A stretch of DNA of 63,674 nucleotides, the filler included, from Vezdaea acicularis (lineage: Eukaryota): assembly GCA_026025075.1 (NCBI GenBank). It is 11 parts of 11 records of this genome, joined end to end, with 100 filler letters (N's around TTAATTAATTAA, not from the genome) between each part and the next. Parts side by side here need not be neighbours in the genome. Positions count along the whole stretch, not along the records: positions 36,870 to 42,593 come from JAPEUI010000294.1; positions 42,694 to 48,098 come from JAPEUI010000295.1; positions 48,199 to 53,413 come from JAPEUI010000297.1; 8 more parts are not named here. The stretch is one strand, 5' to 3'. Shown piece after piece: positions 38,839 through 51,200 of the stretch. Every line of letters starts with the position of its first letter. The stretch's first letter is position 1. The notes under the pieces were generated by a model that worked only from the letters and a program-made list of their open reading frames with translations, did not search any database and was not told the origin of the DNA. Both the position numbers and the translations under genes were made by a program.

Positions 38839-39657
38839 TTATGCTTGGGGTTGATTATGTTGCTGGCCCATGGTGTAGGGGCTTCGCTGGGTGAGTTGTT
38901 GCTGCTGCGCTTGCTGAGCCTGCTGAGCCATGTAATTTTGGTAGGCCAGCTGCTGTTGTTGTTGGTCTTGAGGCATGTATGGTTGATGCATCGTGCTTCG
39001 TGATGGGATGGCGTTGGGATGTTGTGAGATTTGTGGGTGAGGGGGTTCTTCGGGAGACTCGAGGGGAGGCTCGACCGGTTCGATTCCATTTTCGTTGGCA
39101 GAAGCTGGTTCCGGTGCATTCAGGCACGCCTAATAATATTTGTTAGCTAGTCCAAGCAACGATAGCAGGATTGCGAAACCTACTTGGATCAGGTTCTTTC
39201 CCTCGGCTTTAGTCACTAGGGGTTGCAGTTTGGGGGTGGTGAAGGTGTAGACCAGGCCCGTCTCCGAGACGACCAAAAGTAGGACTTGAGTGCCGGTGAG
39301 GACAGATAGTTCGTAGGCCTAGAATGAACGGTCTTCGTCAGAATGATTCGCGGAATACATGGTCACGATGTTACGAAATCGGTGATATGCAGGGCGTACC
39401 TTCTTCATGATGCCAGCCTTTCGCTTTGAGAAGGTGATGTGACGGCGGGACTTGTCTTGGATAAATTTGATCTCAATCTTTCTTCTTTCACGACCGGGCT
39501 TATCGTCATCGTCGTCATCATCATCGGCGGCCGCACTGGGACGCGGTCGTTTGACTCCACGGCTCTCCGCCCCAGTGTCAGCACCATTGCTGGCGCCGAC
39601 ACCATCGTCGAGCGCGGAGGGCGAAGTCTTGTGGTCGAGATCGGTGACTTCGGCCAT
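38839..39657 (-). CDS. mcm1: MADS-box transcription factor Mcm1 (SRF type)
   Basis: RRKIEIKFIQDKSRRHITFSKRKAGIMKK|AYELSVLTGTQVLLLVVSETGLVYTFTTPKLQPLV; introns 39319-39399 and 39130-39183; Gln-rich tail. Confidence 0.97.
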
Positions 39658-40452
39658 CGTGCACACACAAATTGAGGTCGGATTCGAATGCGGAGTCGCT
39701 GGATTAATTCGTGGCGATCTGGTGAATGCAGGACGAATTTGAGGTCGCGACTTGCTGTTTTTGGATCAAGATGCTGAAAGAGGAGTAGCTGGCAGGAATC
39801 CGTCTGACCTCTCGCGAGCGACGTCCGCCGATCGAGTTAAGCGGCGAGCTTGGGGGGGGGGGTGGGAGAACACACTAGGGCGAGCGGGTTGACAGGCGGA
39901 CGCGGTGGAATTTGCAGGTTCGCAAGCAGCCCGCGACAAGGCCAGAGCAATCAGCGGTCGTTTCCCTTGGATGTGCGTGAATGCCTTCGCCTGAAGAGGT
40001 TACAAGAACGACGAGGTTGCTGCTCTGGGGATGGGCTGAGTTGGGTTGATCGGAATCAGGTCGGCCACGGCTGCGTTGGGAGACGGGCGGGACGGGGTGC
40101 AAGGACTGGCGCCTTTGAGGGGAAGCGCCGCCTGCAGTGAGACTCGACGAGCGGGTGCGCCCAGCGTTCCACACCCACAACGCCCCAAGTTGAATTGGGG
40201 AAGGATTGCTCGGGAGCGCTGCGAGAAATGCCTGGATCGAGCGGGCTCGAAAGCTTAAAGCTGATAATGGCCCGCCGGGGCGACGCTGCGACTCGAGGCG
40301 ACTGTGAACTTAAAGATGAGATATTTCGTGAGAATGTCGAATCTGTATTCTGCAGGTCAGCTCGAATACCCCCCACTTACTGGATCCCGACGAGTTGCTG
40401 GTGGTGGAATGGAAGGGGGGAAGAGACAGAGAAAGAGAGAAGTGGGTGCGGA

Positions 40453-40456
<4 letters not shown>

Positions 40457-40490
<34 letters not shown>
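40457..40490. repeat. (GT)n microsatellite
   Basis: Uninterrupted GT tract in the mcm1/malate synthase intergenic region. Confidence 0.9.
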
Positions 40491-40491
<1 letters not shown>

Positions 40492-42366
40492 GGCGGGCGA
40501 CGGAAGGGGGTTGCTCCCACAACCCAGCGAGTGGTGGCATACCGCCCTGCCGCCTGCTGCAATCGGCGGCAGGCGGCAGCACCGTTGCGACTTCCGATTG
40601 CAGCAAATTGCGGCCATCTCGTCGGTCGACCGGTCGCAATGATTGAGTGACGGAGTAATGCCTTCCCCTCTAGGCCTTAGACGCGCATGCAAAAAGCAAA
40701 GGAAGAAGGGACCGGACGACAGGGGGGCTAGTCCGGAGGGTGGAAGTTGCTACGTCAGGCAAGAGCGAGGGCGGAGGGAAGGAGCGGAAGAGAGAGAGAG
40801 CGCACACTCACGACAGTCCAAGGGTTCGGCGACGGAGGAAGTGGCGTGCTTTGCCTTGAATGAATGCCACCTCCACGCAGCACGGTCGGGATCGGTGAGG
40901 TTGAAGCGGAGTCTGATATCAACCGTCTGGCGCGGTCCTGATAGAAGTTGAAGCTCAAGAAGGGGCCTTTGGTGGGGGGGGCAGTTTGGTCTCCAGCAGC
41001 GCACGAAAGAGGTAAAGATCCGAAATGTGCGGATTGGCGAGGGACGCTGTCCTTTTGTAGGCCTAGCGCCCACCGCCCCTCCCCCCCGACCCCCCCGAAG
41101 TTGCGCGCCGACCGGGGGCCCGAACTGCTCCCCCCGGCTCGGCTCCCCTTGCGGTGCTTTCGTCGGACCCCCGTCGCACCTGCTCCCTTTCGCACTTCCG
41201 CACGCGTAATTGGGGCGCCGATGATGCATCTGAGGTGACTCCCGTCCACTCACGCTGCGTTGCTTTCCGTCGATCGCTCCCATCGGCTCGTCCACCTCTC
41301 CTTCTCTCTCTCTCTCTTTCTCCTCCCGGACTCACACTGCAACGACAGTAACGCAAGGCGCGCTTCTCCCTTTGTCCCCCCTCTGCTTACGTTTGATTGT
41401 GTCTTCGATCTTGGGATTCGGTGGCGTCCGGATCGTAGGGAGAACTCCATGTTTGTGCGCACTCGGCGGCGCCCGCTGCGTCAATGTCGCACCCTTGACC
41501 TCGATATCACTGCACACCCTATTACAATACCACGATCAGAGCGATCAAACAATTCGGATATGACGAGAAGATCTCCCCCTCTTGTAGAGTGGATATGATC
41601 ATCTCTTAAGCAGAATATAGTAGTCACGTGCAGACTCAAACATTCGTCGGCCGGCGTATTCGAAGGCCTTCATCCTCGCGTTGCGCCTGCACGATCACCA
41701 TGCACTGGGCCTTATTACCGTGCCAGAGAAACTACAAGATGATGATCGATTCGACAACGCTTGCGTGTGGGGAAAATCCCGTGATGTGTTCCTGCATCCC
41801 CCCACCGCAAGAGCCCGCCGTAGTACGCATCGGGCGAATCCGGGCGCGTCGCTACTCGCCGAGGTAAAATCTTTTCGCTTGTGCATCATCGGGATTCATG
41901 AGCTTCGACGCGACAAGCAATTGAGCGGTAGAAAGGCAAGAGCAAATTGACGGCGATGTCTAGTAGCTTGCAAATTCTCATTGGGGCCAGGATGTAGCGT
42001 CACGAATGTTTCTGCATCGTTATTTTTGAAGCATTGCGGCAGCTTTCGATTACGTACCATGACGACGGGTCTCTAGCGGAATTTCCCCACATGCTCGACG
42101 AACTCCCCCTCGCCCGAGCAGGGCCGATAGATCGCGGCCATGTGAACATGTGGCAAGCCCTCTTCATCCGAATAATTACTGGCGTCCTCCCCAATCCGTA
42201 GACAAACAACGCCCTTCCACGTTTTTTGCCGTAAGTTTCCTAACCCTCGAATACTGGTCCTGGTCCAACCCTTTCTCATATCAGGCAGATCCACGGCTCC
42301 GTCCGCTTTCGTCTGATTTGAAGTCACACGACCTACATATCCCACATCTCTGCGCATGCGGCCGAC

Positions 42367-42593
42367 ATGGCATCAATCGACAGCATTCTTGATGACGTGC
42401 GTGTGTACGGCAAACTCAACGATCAGACACGCAAGATTCTGAGCAAAGAAGCAACAGCATTCCTCGCATTACTACACAGGTCCTTCAATCCTACAAGAAA
42501 GGCCCTCTTGCAACGACGAGCCATACGCCAGGCAGAATTAGACAAGGGAAGTGTCCCGGACTTCTTGCCCGAGACGAGACATATCCGAGAGAA
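42367..42593 (+). CDS. acuE: Malate synthase (3' partial)
   Basis: [50 protein letters not shown]. Confidence 0.92.
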
Positions 42594-42693
42594 NNNNNNN
42601 NNNNNNNNNNNNNNNNNNNNNNNNNNNNNNNNNNNNNTTAATTAATTAANNNNNNNNNNNNNNNNNNNNNNNNNNNNNNNNNNNNNNNNNNNN
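42594..42693. other. Artificial contig linker
   Basis: N44-TTAATTAATTAA-N44. Confidence 0.99.
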
Positions 42694-42888
42694 ATGCCTG
42701 GCTTCTCGAGGTCGGGCTCCAAGAAAGTCCAGCCCTTGTATGAACCGGCGGTGCAGCAAAGTCCCGTTGAGGCGGATGGCAGAGAGACCCAGCCGGCTAG
42801 GTATGAGTTGTTGGGCAGTACAAGGCAAGAGCAGCATCAGCAACGGCAGGAGAATGAGCAGCTGCGGTATGAGCCTGGGTTTTCGTGA
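42694..42888 (+). CDS. Possible C-terminal fragment of an unknown protein
   Basis: Frame open from the contig start to TGA 42888; ends with RYEL/RYEP-type motifs; no family recognised. Confidence 0.35.
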   Translation: MPGFSRSGSKKVQPLYEPAVQQSPVEADGRETQPARYELLGSTRQEQHQQRQENEQLRYEPGFS

Positions 42889-43487
42889 TCTCCGGAGCGG
42901 AGGGGGTGTGGAGAGTAATGGGATGGGGCGTTGTAGAGCGGAAATGGAGTATTGGATGCATGGATGGGATGATTGGTTAGGACGGGAACGCGGGTTCTAG
43001 CGCTTGGATATTCCGGCCGTTTCTTGTATTGATTTAGATACCACCTCCAACCGTCGTTTTCATTGCATGTCTTCTTGGACAGCTCGCTCATAGATCAAGG
43101 GGGGGCGCGCTTGTGCGACACCAAAGGGAGCGTCCTTCTAAATGTACGTCGCTCACAGAAAGGAGATTTCTTGCATGGGATGTGCCTTTGGTCATGAAAT
43201 TGCATGATGATTTGTAGATATGATAAGGGGACTACTGGAGGATGAAATGCTCTAGTCACTTAGAACGGAGGCGTCCGCTTACGGAACAGGAGGGCGCTCG
43301 TATATTAGAAGGTCGCCTATATAACGGAAGGACTTATATACAACCAAATATCTCCCCTACCCCCAGAAGTCGGCCGTACCACAACGATTTCCCCACGTAC
43401 CAGAAACCGCTCTCAACATCCCCTAAATTTATAAGCCCCCACAATCGTCCAACACCCCCTTGTTTTCATTTTAGGTGCAAGTGTTGT

Positions 43488-44659
43488 CTAAGCAGCGCCG
43501 GAAGCGGTGACGCGCGACCGCTCGCTGGCGCCTTTGATGATGTGGGAGAGATCGCCGACGGGGAGACTGAAGGGCATGTCGACGCTGGTGAGCATGATGG
43601 CGGCGAAGAGGTACCAGCCGGTGACGGAGACGACGAAGCCGAATGCACCGCCAGCCTTGGGGAGGTGGGGGAGGTTAGCTTCGGGGATTACGGTGAAGAC
43701 TCGGATGAAGGAGAAAGGAGGAGTTGGAGGGTAGATTACCTTCTGGCATTTCATAGCTCTACTCAAAGAGGCCGCATTCTCAGGATTCTCGTACACGAGC
43801 GCAAGATTCCAATAGGCACCAGCCAGGCACGCAAAGGCGCAGACGAGCGAGAGGAAGATGACGACGAAGGCGATGTTGGTGCGCAGGGAGCAGATCAGGT
43901 AGATGAAGCAGAGCAGGCCCATGAAGACGAGGAAGAAGCCGAAGGAGGCGTTGTAGGAGGGCGTGGCGAGACCGGCGGGGTTGCCCGGGTTGCTGCCCCA
44001 GGCGGAGACGAGTTTGGGGTCCGTTGCGTAGGCGCCGTAGGTGTTGAACCAGGGGATCAGGGTGCTAGCCAGGGCGAGCCAGAAGGCACCTTGGTTGGGA
44101 TTGGTTAGGGACGTGTGGAGTGGGTTGATAAGGGATGAGAGGGCTTACCAAAGGAGCCGAAGACGACGAAGGGGAATGTGTTGCCGAGGATGAATTCACC
44201 GAACGAGCCGGCTAACATGAGCACACCGCCGAACCAGATGAAGGAGCCGCTGGGGGTTTATTGGCATTTACCTCCAATAAGTAAACGAAGGATAGAGTGC
44301 TTACGTTGAAGCGGCACCGTTCCCACCTGCCCCACGCCATCCCATGAGGTCGCATGACAGGGGTGTCAGACTCAAGAGGAAGCCGAGGAGAGCCCTTATT
44401 TAGGTTAGGAAATGGAAGGAAATAAAGTGTGATGTTATGGTAATCCCTACAAAGGCGTTGGGTTCGCAAAGGTCTTCCGGAGGTCTCCTGACACCCGATT
44501 CTGGGGAGCGAGATAGATCTTCTCGAATAGTTCCGGCGAGATGGATATGCTGCCTGCCGTGCGGATACGGCGAAGTGCGCCATCTCGATCGTCTCCATCG
44601 AGGTGCTCGTTGTGGTGTGAGAAGTCTTTCTCCAAGGAGTCGCCGTTGGTGGTAGTCAT
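43488..44659 (-). CDS. GPR1/FUN34/YaaH-family (AlcS-like) membrane protein
   Basis: SISPELFEKIYLAP..LRKTFANPTPL, GEFILGNTFPFVVFGSF|GAFW, CSLRTNIAF, LPVGDLS; four GT-AG introns. Confidence 0.92.
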
Positions 44660-46034
44660 AGCTTTAACGTCAGGAGATAGTGCTGATGATTACTTATTTT
44701 GCGGCGCAATGAATGGTAAGCTTGTGTCAGACTCCAATGTTGAAGGTTGCTATGCGGTAGAGACCCTGGGGTTCAGTAATCCACGTGGGTCTTTCGATGT
44801 TAAATAGAAACACCCTCGGTTGATGCTCTTCCGAGCCAGGCATAGCTCAAATGTCCCGTTTGGACGGCCGAATTGCCATCAGAAGATCACGGCACTTCAT
44901 TGAGCGAAGTTCGGGATCGAGACTAGCCATGAGGAACACTGTTAGAGTAGACGATACAGCTAGCTTTAGCCCACAATTCCAGAAGGGAGGAGTATGGCTG
45001 CCCGCTATCACCGGATCATGTTCTTGGTGCCTGCTAGGGGTCCGGTGGGAACCCGAGAACGGCAAGTGATGATCGTGACTAGTCATAGGCCATGAGTCTA
45101 GACGAAACAATGCCTAAGGAATAGGTAAGTTTTAAGAAAGGAACGTGTATGACGTCTGCCCTGTCTGCGGGGTTACCCATGGTAACACTCGATTGAAAGG
45201 AAAGAAATGGCTACTCGGCTCTATCCAGAACGCGACCTGCGTTCTGGAGACTCTGCCAGCTAGTATGTCCTATGGAACAAGAAAAGCCCGCTACAGTAAA
45301 ACGCTTTCTATACTCTGGACCTCGGGCTAGGAGAGTCCGGTCAATAGAGTTGACCGGACAAAGCTACCCCAGGTTGCGCTAGTCCAAGCGTGCATTGTCG
45401 AAAATGTGGGGAAGACGTTTCGCCAGTGAACCCCAGCCAATTGGGCAGAGATGAGAGACTGCCGAAGTGGGGCCTTTGCCTCGGTCCTGGAATGGCACCC
45501 AGGGTGAAGTATCGTGAACCTTCCGATCCTTGTAGGTGGATGTACGGAAGCACTAAGAGCCGATCTAAGAAACATGCTCTTCTGTTGGATGAACTTGCTC
45601 TGAGGTCATCTGCGTGTCCGATGGCACTTAAAGAACAAACATGCTGCCCAACATTCCAGCCAACTAAAGGCTCCAGGAGTGAACAAATAACCATTAGAAA
45701 TGGCGCTGAAATACCTTATGATAAATGCTCGAGAGTCAAAATCTGCTCCCAAAGCTGAAGTATGGAGTCATCCGTTCGCACGTGACTCTACCTGAGCCAC
45801 AACGGAATTGATTGAAGCAACAAAAGATGCGTGCACTCTGACTGAAACGCAAAGTCTGCTCGCATTTTCAAGATTTCCGAGTTTGTGGTATCACTTGCTG
45901 ACAGAAGACTCATTGCTTATGCATACTGCTCGACAGAGAGTCCAGCTGAACGTAAACATCTATATTTCTTCCACTCAAAGTATCTGCGAGGTCTTTGGAC
46001 CCTGAAGAACCTGTTGCCAGCAGTATATCACAGG

Positions 46035-47004
46035 ATGTCCTCTCGTGGTCGTGGTCGTGGTCGAGGTCGAGGAGGCCAGGGCCGGTCAGGCCCAATGCCA
46101 CGAGCCGTGCAAGTATCCAAACAATTCTCATGGCTCCTTCGGCACGGCGCAACAAAGGAGGGGATACTCCTGAACGAGAGCGGATATGCAAAGGTCTCCG
46201 ACGTAGTCAGTACAGCCGATTGGCTAGCACGGCACTCTTCTCCAGCTTAACTCTAACGTGTCATAGCTGTCATGGAAGCGAATGCGCGACCTTGGTGTGT
46301 CTTTCGAGGAGCTTCAAGAGCTTGTGCAGAGCAACGACAAACAGCGCTTCCACCTTCTGTGTATAGATGAGTCGACCAAGACCCTGCCAGAAGCATGGCT
46401 CATACGTGCTTCGCAAGGGCATTCCATTCCGACCATCACATCGACTGCTCTAGCCCTGACGCCCGTCACGGCCGAGAACGCGCCGCAGATGATTGTGCAT
46501 GGCACCTACTACAGCGCCTGGCCGCTGATACTGCAGAGTGGAGGCTTAAAGCCGATGACCAGAGGCCATGTGCATTTTGCCGCCGGGTTGCCGGAGAAAG
46601 TCAGGGTTGCGGCAGCAAAAGCTGCAAAGAGGAAGGTAGGAACGGGAGCTACGGGGGGGGATGATGTAGAAAGAGGAGACGAGGCGGCAGAGGAGGGGGG
46701 GGAGGAGATAGTCAATGATGCTGGGCGGGAAGAGGTCATCTCGGGCTGGCGGCTCTCGTCACAGCTGCTTATATACATCAACGTCTCCAAGGCGTTAGAG
46801 CGTGAAGACCTGAAGTGGTGGCGGAGTGCGAATGGAGTGATCTTGAGTGAGGGGAACGAGCAAGGGTTGGTGCCATTAGACGTCTTTGAAAGGGTTGTGG
46901 ATCGAAAGGGCGCGCTGGGGATTATTTGGGAAAACGGCCAGGCGTTAAAGGAGGTGCCGACGAAGGGTAGTAAGGGGAACAAAGGAGGGGAAAAGGCGAA
47001 GTAG
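46035..47004 (+). CDS. tpt1: tRNA 2'-phosphotransferase
   Basis: VSKQFSWLLRHGA, NDKQRF, IRASQGHSI, VHGTY, GGLKPMTRGHVHF, SANGVILSEG; intron 46206-46266. Confidence 0.95.
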
Positions 47005-47220
47005 AACAGCTTAGCCGGAAACCATATACATCATTAGATTGTAAAATTATATGGCAATAGATTACTGTATGTGACCAAAATTACAGTACGACGCAGCGAA
47101 TTCAACAATCTCAATTCGAATGGGGTACCGATGAAGCAACCAACCGCCATATCAAGGTAACGCCAGCCTAAACTCCCCATGTTATATTCACTCTAACATG
47201 CAGCCCATCCAATCCGCCTT

Positions 47221-47685
47221 TCATGTCTGAACATTGTTCTTCCGACCATGCACAGCTTTTTCAGGGGGTGCTAGTCCACTATCCACCAGCTTACTGACCT
47301 CCTCCCTCAGCCTCTGCCGCTCCGCTTCCGCGCGCTTAATTTCGCTCGAACTCTTTGATTTATTGTCTGCCTGATAATTCCCCACGCCACCCCGACCCAC
47401 CGGTCCTTTCGTGAGAGGAACGGCCGGAATGGCTGACGCCGTGCCGTCCACGGAGCTGCTGAATGTGCCCGCAGCAGAAGGTTTGAAGGTATTTCCGGCC
47501 CCGCCTCGGCCCATGTGGGCGACTGAGTTGTGGGAAGAAGGCGTCGGAGTGGTGGTCTGATCGACAGGTTCTTCGACTGGTATTTGGGCTTCGATATCGG
47601 ACACGACGCGAGAGCTGGTGTTCGTGACGTCGGTCGGTTTGAGGAAGTTGCCAGCACCGCCGCGGCCAACTTTCTGGGAGGCCAT
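47221..47685 (-). CDS. DUF3602 (GRGGAGN-repeat, Par32-like) protein
   Basis: ATG 47685; three GRGG(A/V)GN motifs. Confidence 0.8.
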   Translation of the reverse strand: MASQKVGRGGAGNFLKPTDVTNTSSRVVSDIEAQIPVEEPVDQTTTPTPSSHNSVAHMGRGGAGNTFKPSAAGTFSSSVDGTASAIPAVPLTKGPVGRGGVGNYQADNKSKSSSEIKRAEAERQRLREEVSKLVDSGLAPPEKAVHGRKNNVQT

Positions 47686-48098
47686 TGTAAGGGCTGGGAG
47701 ACGTGTGAGAGATAATTGCAGCTGATATAGAGAGAATGAGGTTTGATTGATGGAGCTCTTAGTTTCTATCTTCAAGCTTCAGATCTTATCAAGAAAGGAT
47801 CTGATTTCTTTCTGAAAGCTTGCTTTTGATGACTGAAGGTGGAATGCGAAGAAGTAAAAAAACCGGCAGTGGAGAATAGCGTTTATAGCTATCCATTATC
47901 GCATTGCTTGGCATCTGTATTTACTGCCGCTCGTGAGATCTCGATAAATAACCGAACGAGGGCTGAGACCTCTGAGTGGTTGACGTACGCATGCACAGGA
48001 TTTTTTTCTTAGGCGAGCGAAAGGCTGCTTCCTTTTACTTGAGAGAAACTGCAACGATGCAGCGCCAAGAATTAATTGGCACTTAACGTGTTTCCACC

Positions 48099-48198
48099 NN
48101 NNNNNNNNNNNNNNNNNNNNNNNNNNNNNNNNNNNNNNNNNNTTAATTAATTAANNNNNNNNNNNNNNNNNNNNNNNNNNNNNNNNNNNNNNNNNNNN
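48099..48198. other. Artificial contig linker
   Basis: N44-TTAATTAATTAA-N44. Confidence 0.99.
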
Positions 48199-48254
48199 AA
48201 TAAAACGCCCAACCCGCTCACTCACCAAACCCAAACAAAGCGTTTCACACACAG

Positions 48255-51200
48255 CTACGCCGCCGCCTGGACCGCTTCTTGTCCGCGCTCCAACCGCTCT
48301 ACCCCATCTCCATCCTCTAGCTCCTTCTCAGATTCACCCGTCTTTTCCACTGCCGCTGCCGCTGCAGTCTTCGCTTTCAACGCATTCGTAGCGCTCTCCT
48401 CTTTCCCTTGCCTCTCGGCATAGAGCTCCTCCCTCGCGGTTTGGGCCTGGCTCAAGGAATCGATATACTTGCCAAACTTGACGATCTCGCGGAGGAGGTA
48501 ACTGCTCTTGCGTTCCCAGTTAGCCATAGCCTTGGCGGCGTTGTGGTGGCGCGGGCTGAAGGCGAGGAGCATGGGCGCGCGCAGCTCGTTGTGCGTGCTG
48601 AGCTCGCGCTCGATGGAGGAGACGTAGGATTGTAGTGCCTGTGATTTTGGTTTAGTTAGGAGGTTGGGTTTTGGGAGGAGTCATGGGGGCGGGAAAGGAG
48701 AGGAGGGGGGGAGGGTAGAGGCTCTTAGCAAGTACGTAGATGGAAATGCTTACCTTCAGCTGATCCACCTCCATCAGTTGGCTTGCCATCATGCTCTGGC
48801 CGGGCGGATGCCAGTCGCTGATCATGACGCGATCGCCAGGCAACTTCGCGCGCAGGCTGCCGCCCTGGTCGAAACTGCCGGCACTCCTGATACTGCTCTG
48901 GATGCTCGGCCTTGCACTCCCCGTCCGAGATGGCATGCTGTCGACGCCCAAGAGCGCAGAGTTGATAATGTCGTTGCTCCAGCCGTACTCGATGTTGCTG
49001 ATGCCGCCTACGAGGGGCTCCTTCGAGAGGCGCGCAGACCAGTAGTTGGCCGTCGACACGAACTCCTTCACAATGTCGGGCGTGCCCACTTGAAAGAGGT
49101 GCACGGCGCCGGTGGGCAGCGAGAGGGCCCAGACGTGCGGGCGCGACTTGGAGTAGCCGGGAGGTGGAAGCACGGAGGCGATGGTCTGGCGTAGCAGGAA
49201 CGAGCCCAGGGTTTCCGCACTTTCCATCCAGTTGCCGCCACCAACAATGCCGCCGCTCACATTGCGGCTCTTGTTACGGGAGCGCATGGACGATGACTTC
49301 GACGAGAAGGAGAAGAGACGCATCCATCCCTTTTCAATAACGGCGAAGCACTCGTTCCAGGTGCGGTCCTTGGACTTCTTGTCGACGGCTTCGAGGTGGT
49401 GCTTATGCTTCAGAATGCCCTCTTTCGCCCACGGAGCGCCTGCGAGCTCGAGGGTCTCGTCTTCGAGCAGAGCAGCTATGCGTTCGGGCGGGTCGGCGCT
49501 GTTGCTAGCTTCTTCGCGAATGATGGCTTGACTAAGAGCATTGGCAAAACCGATGCTCTGTTGATAATCGGACTGGTGGTAGCTGGATCCGAAAGACTCA
49601 ACGGACATGGAGGTTTGCGTCTTGCCGAGGGAGTGCTTGCTCCAGGTACTGGATGCCGATGGACTCCAGACGGAAGACTGATCGTCGAAGCTCGTGCGAC
49701 TCGATGCAACAGCCGAGTTCGGGTAGACTCTCGGTCGAGAGCGGGTCTTGGACGACCACCTCCCAGTCCCGAGCCTCGCCGCTTCGGGTCGGCCCCTGAA
49801 GCTCATAGTCTCCGACGGCGATTTACTAAGCACACTCGGTGTCCGACCAACAGCGCCACTTGAAACAGCCAAGCTGTTCGAGCTCTTCTGATCGCTGAAA
49901 TCTTCGATCGGAGCTCCATGTAACGGTAGACGCTGGTTCTTGATGGAGGTGAAGAAGGACTTGAGCACCGTCTCCAACTGGACCTCCCATGACTTCCACG
50001 ATCCGTTGAAAGGCGCTCTAACGAGTGGACCACAATTCTCTGTGTTCGTATCAAAATCTATTGGGGCTGGCGAGGCCAGCGGAGAATCATCAAAGCCAAA
50101 CAGAATCGACGGTCGAGCGGACATCCTCGACGGCCTATCCAGATCTAACGACGATCGCCCTTCGCGTGCAGGCCCAAGTGGAGATTTAATCAAAGGAGAA
50201 AGAGGCTCAGGACCGAGAGTGGAAGAGCGATTTGCAAGGATGGACGCACGCGGGTTCTCGACCGACTCTGGCGCAGCGTCCATGGCAACACGCCGTATCG
50301 TTGGCATGGTATTCTTCACGAACTGACTTCGAGTCATCTTCTGATCGATATCCGCAAGATGCAGGTCGGTATTTAGCAGAAGCAAGGAGTAGCAGATGGT
50401 GTGTACGACATCTGCGAGTATTAGCATTGTGATCGACCACAAAAACAGGGGATGCACTCACCGAGAGCCTTGAAGCCGTGGTTCGGGTTGCACTGGCACC
50501 ACCGGCTCGCGAACGAATCCAAGATCCGATCCACCTGCTGCGTCTCGCCCTTGAGGATCAACTGCCCACAGAGGCTCCGCAAGCCAGCAAGAATGCTCAA
50601 ATTCGACCAATCGAACAGCTCCATGTATGCCCTTCTCGTGCGCTCGCTGGCTGGCGATGACTCGCCCAACCACGCGGCAGCCTTCCCCTTGACGATGAAA
50701 TGCTCCTCTCCGTCGAAGATACCTTGAGCTTGCTCCCGTTCTTCTGCCGTCGGTGACTGCTCATCCAGCTCTGCTGGCTCCTCAACGATTGGGATCTCCG
50801 TCTGCGCTTCGACAAAGACATCGTTCGGAGTGGTGACCTCGCCATCATCGACCTGAACAATTGGAAGGCTAGTGGCCGACTTGTAGTCGCTCGCATCCGA
50901 CTCGCGGACGGAGTCTTGCGCGGTGCTTACGGGCAGGGAAAGACTGCTATCTTGAGCGGCCTGGTTCCTCTCGATGGGAGATGATGGTCTCTTCTTCAGA
51001 GAGAGGCTCGGAGACCCAGCTGGAGAATCAGGTGAATCAACCTGGTCATCGGCAGTGTTGAAGGGCTGCTCCCGAGCCCTCTCATCCTCCTTGATCATGG
51101 CATCCTTGTCCGTCGATATGGACAGAACAGCCTTATGATTCCGAGCTTTCTTGGAACCGGCCGATTCCTCTGGAGCTGGCGAGGCGAGCACGGGACTCGC

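Noticed and set aside
43242..44108. 288-aa plus-strand ORF
   Set aside because: Antisense shadow of the Gpr1/AlcS gene
39657..44659. Acetate-utilisation cluster (malate synthase + Gpr1/AlcS transporter, with adh1)
   Set aside because: The genes are on different contigs separated by linkers
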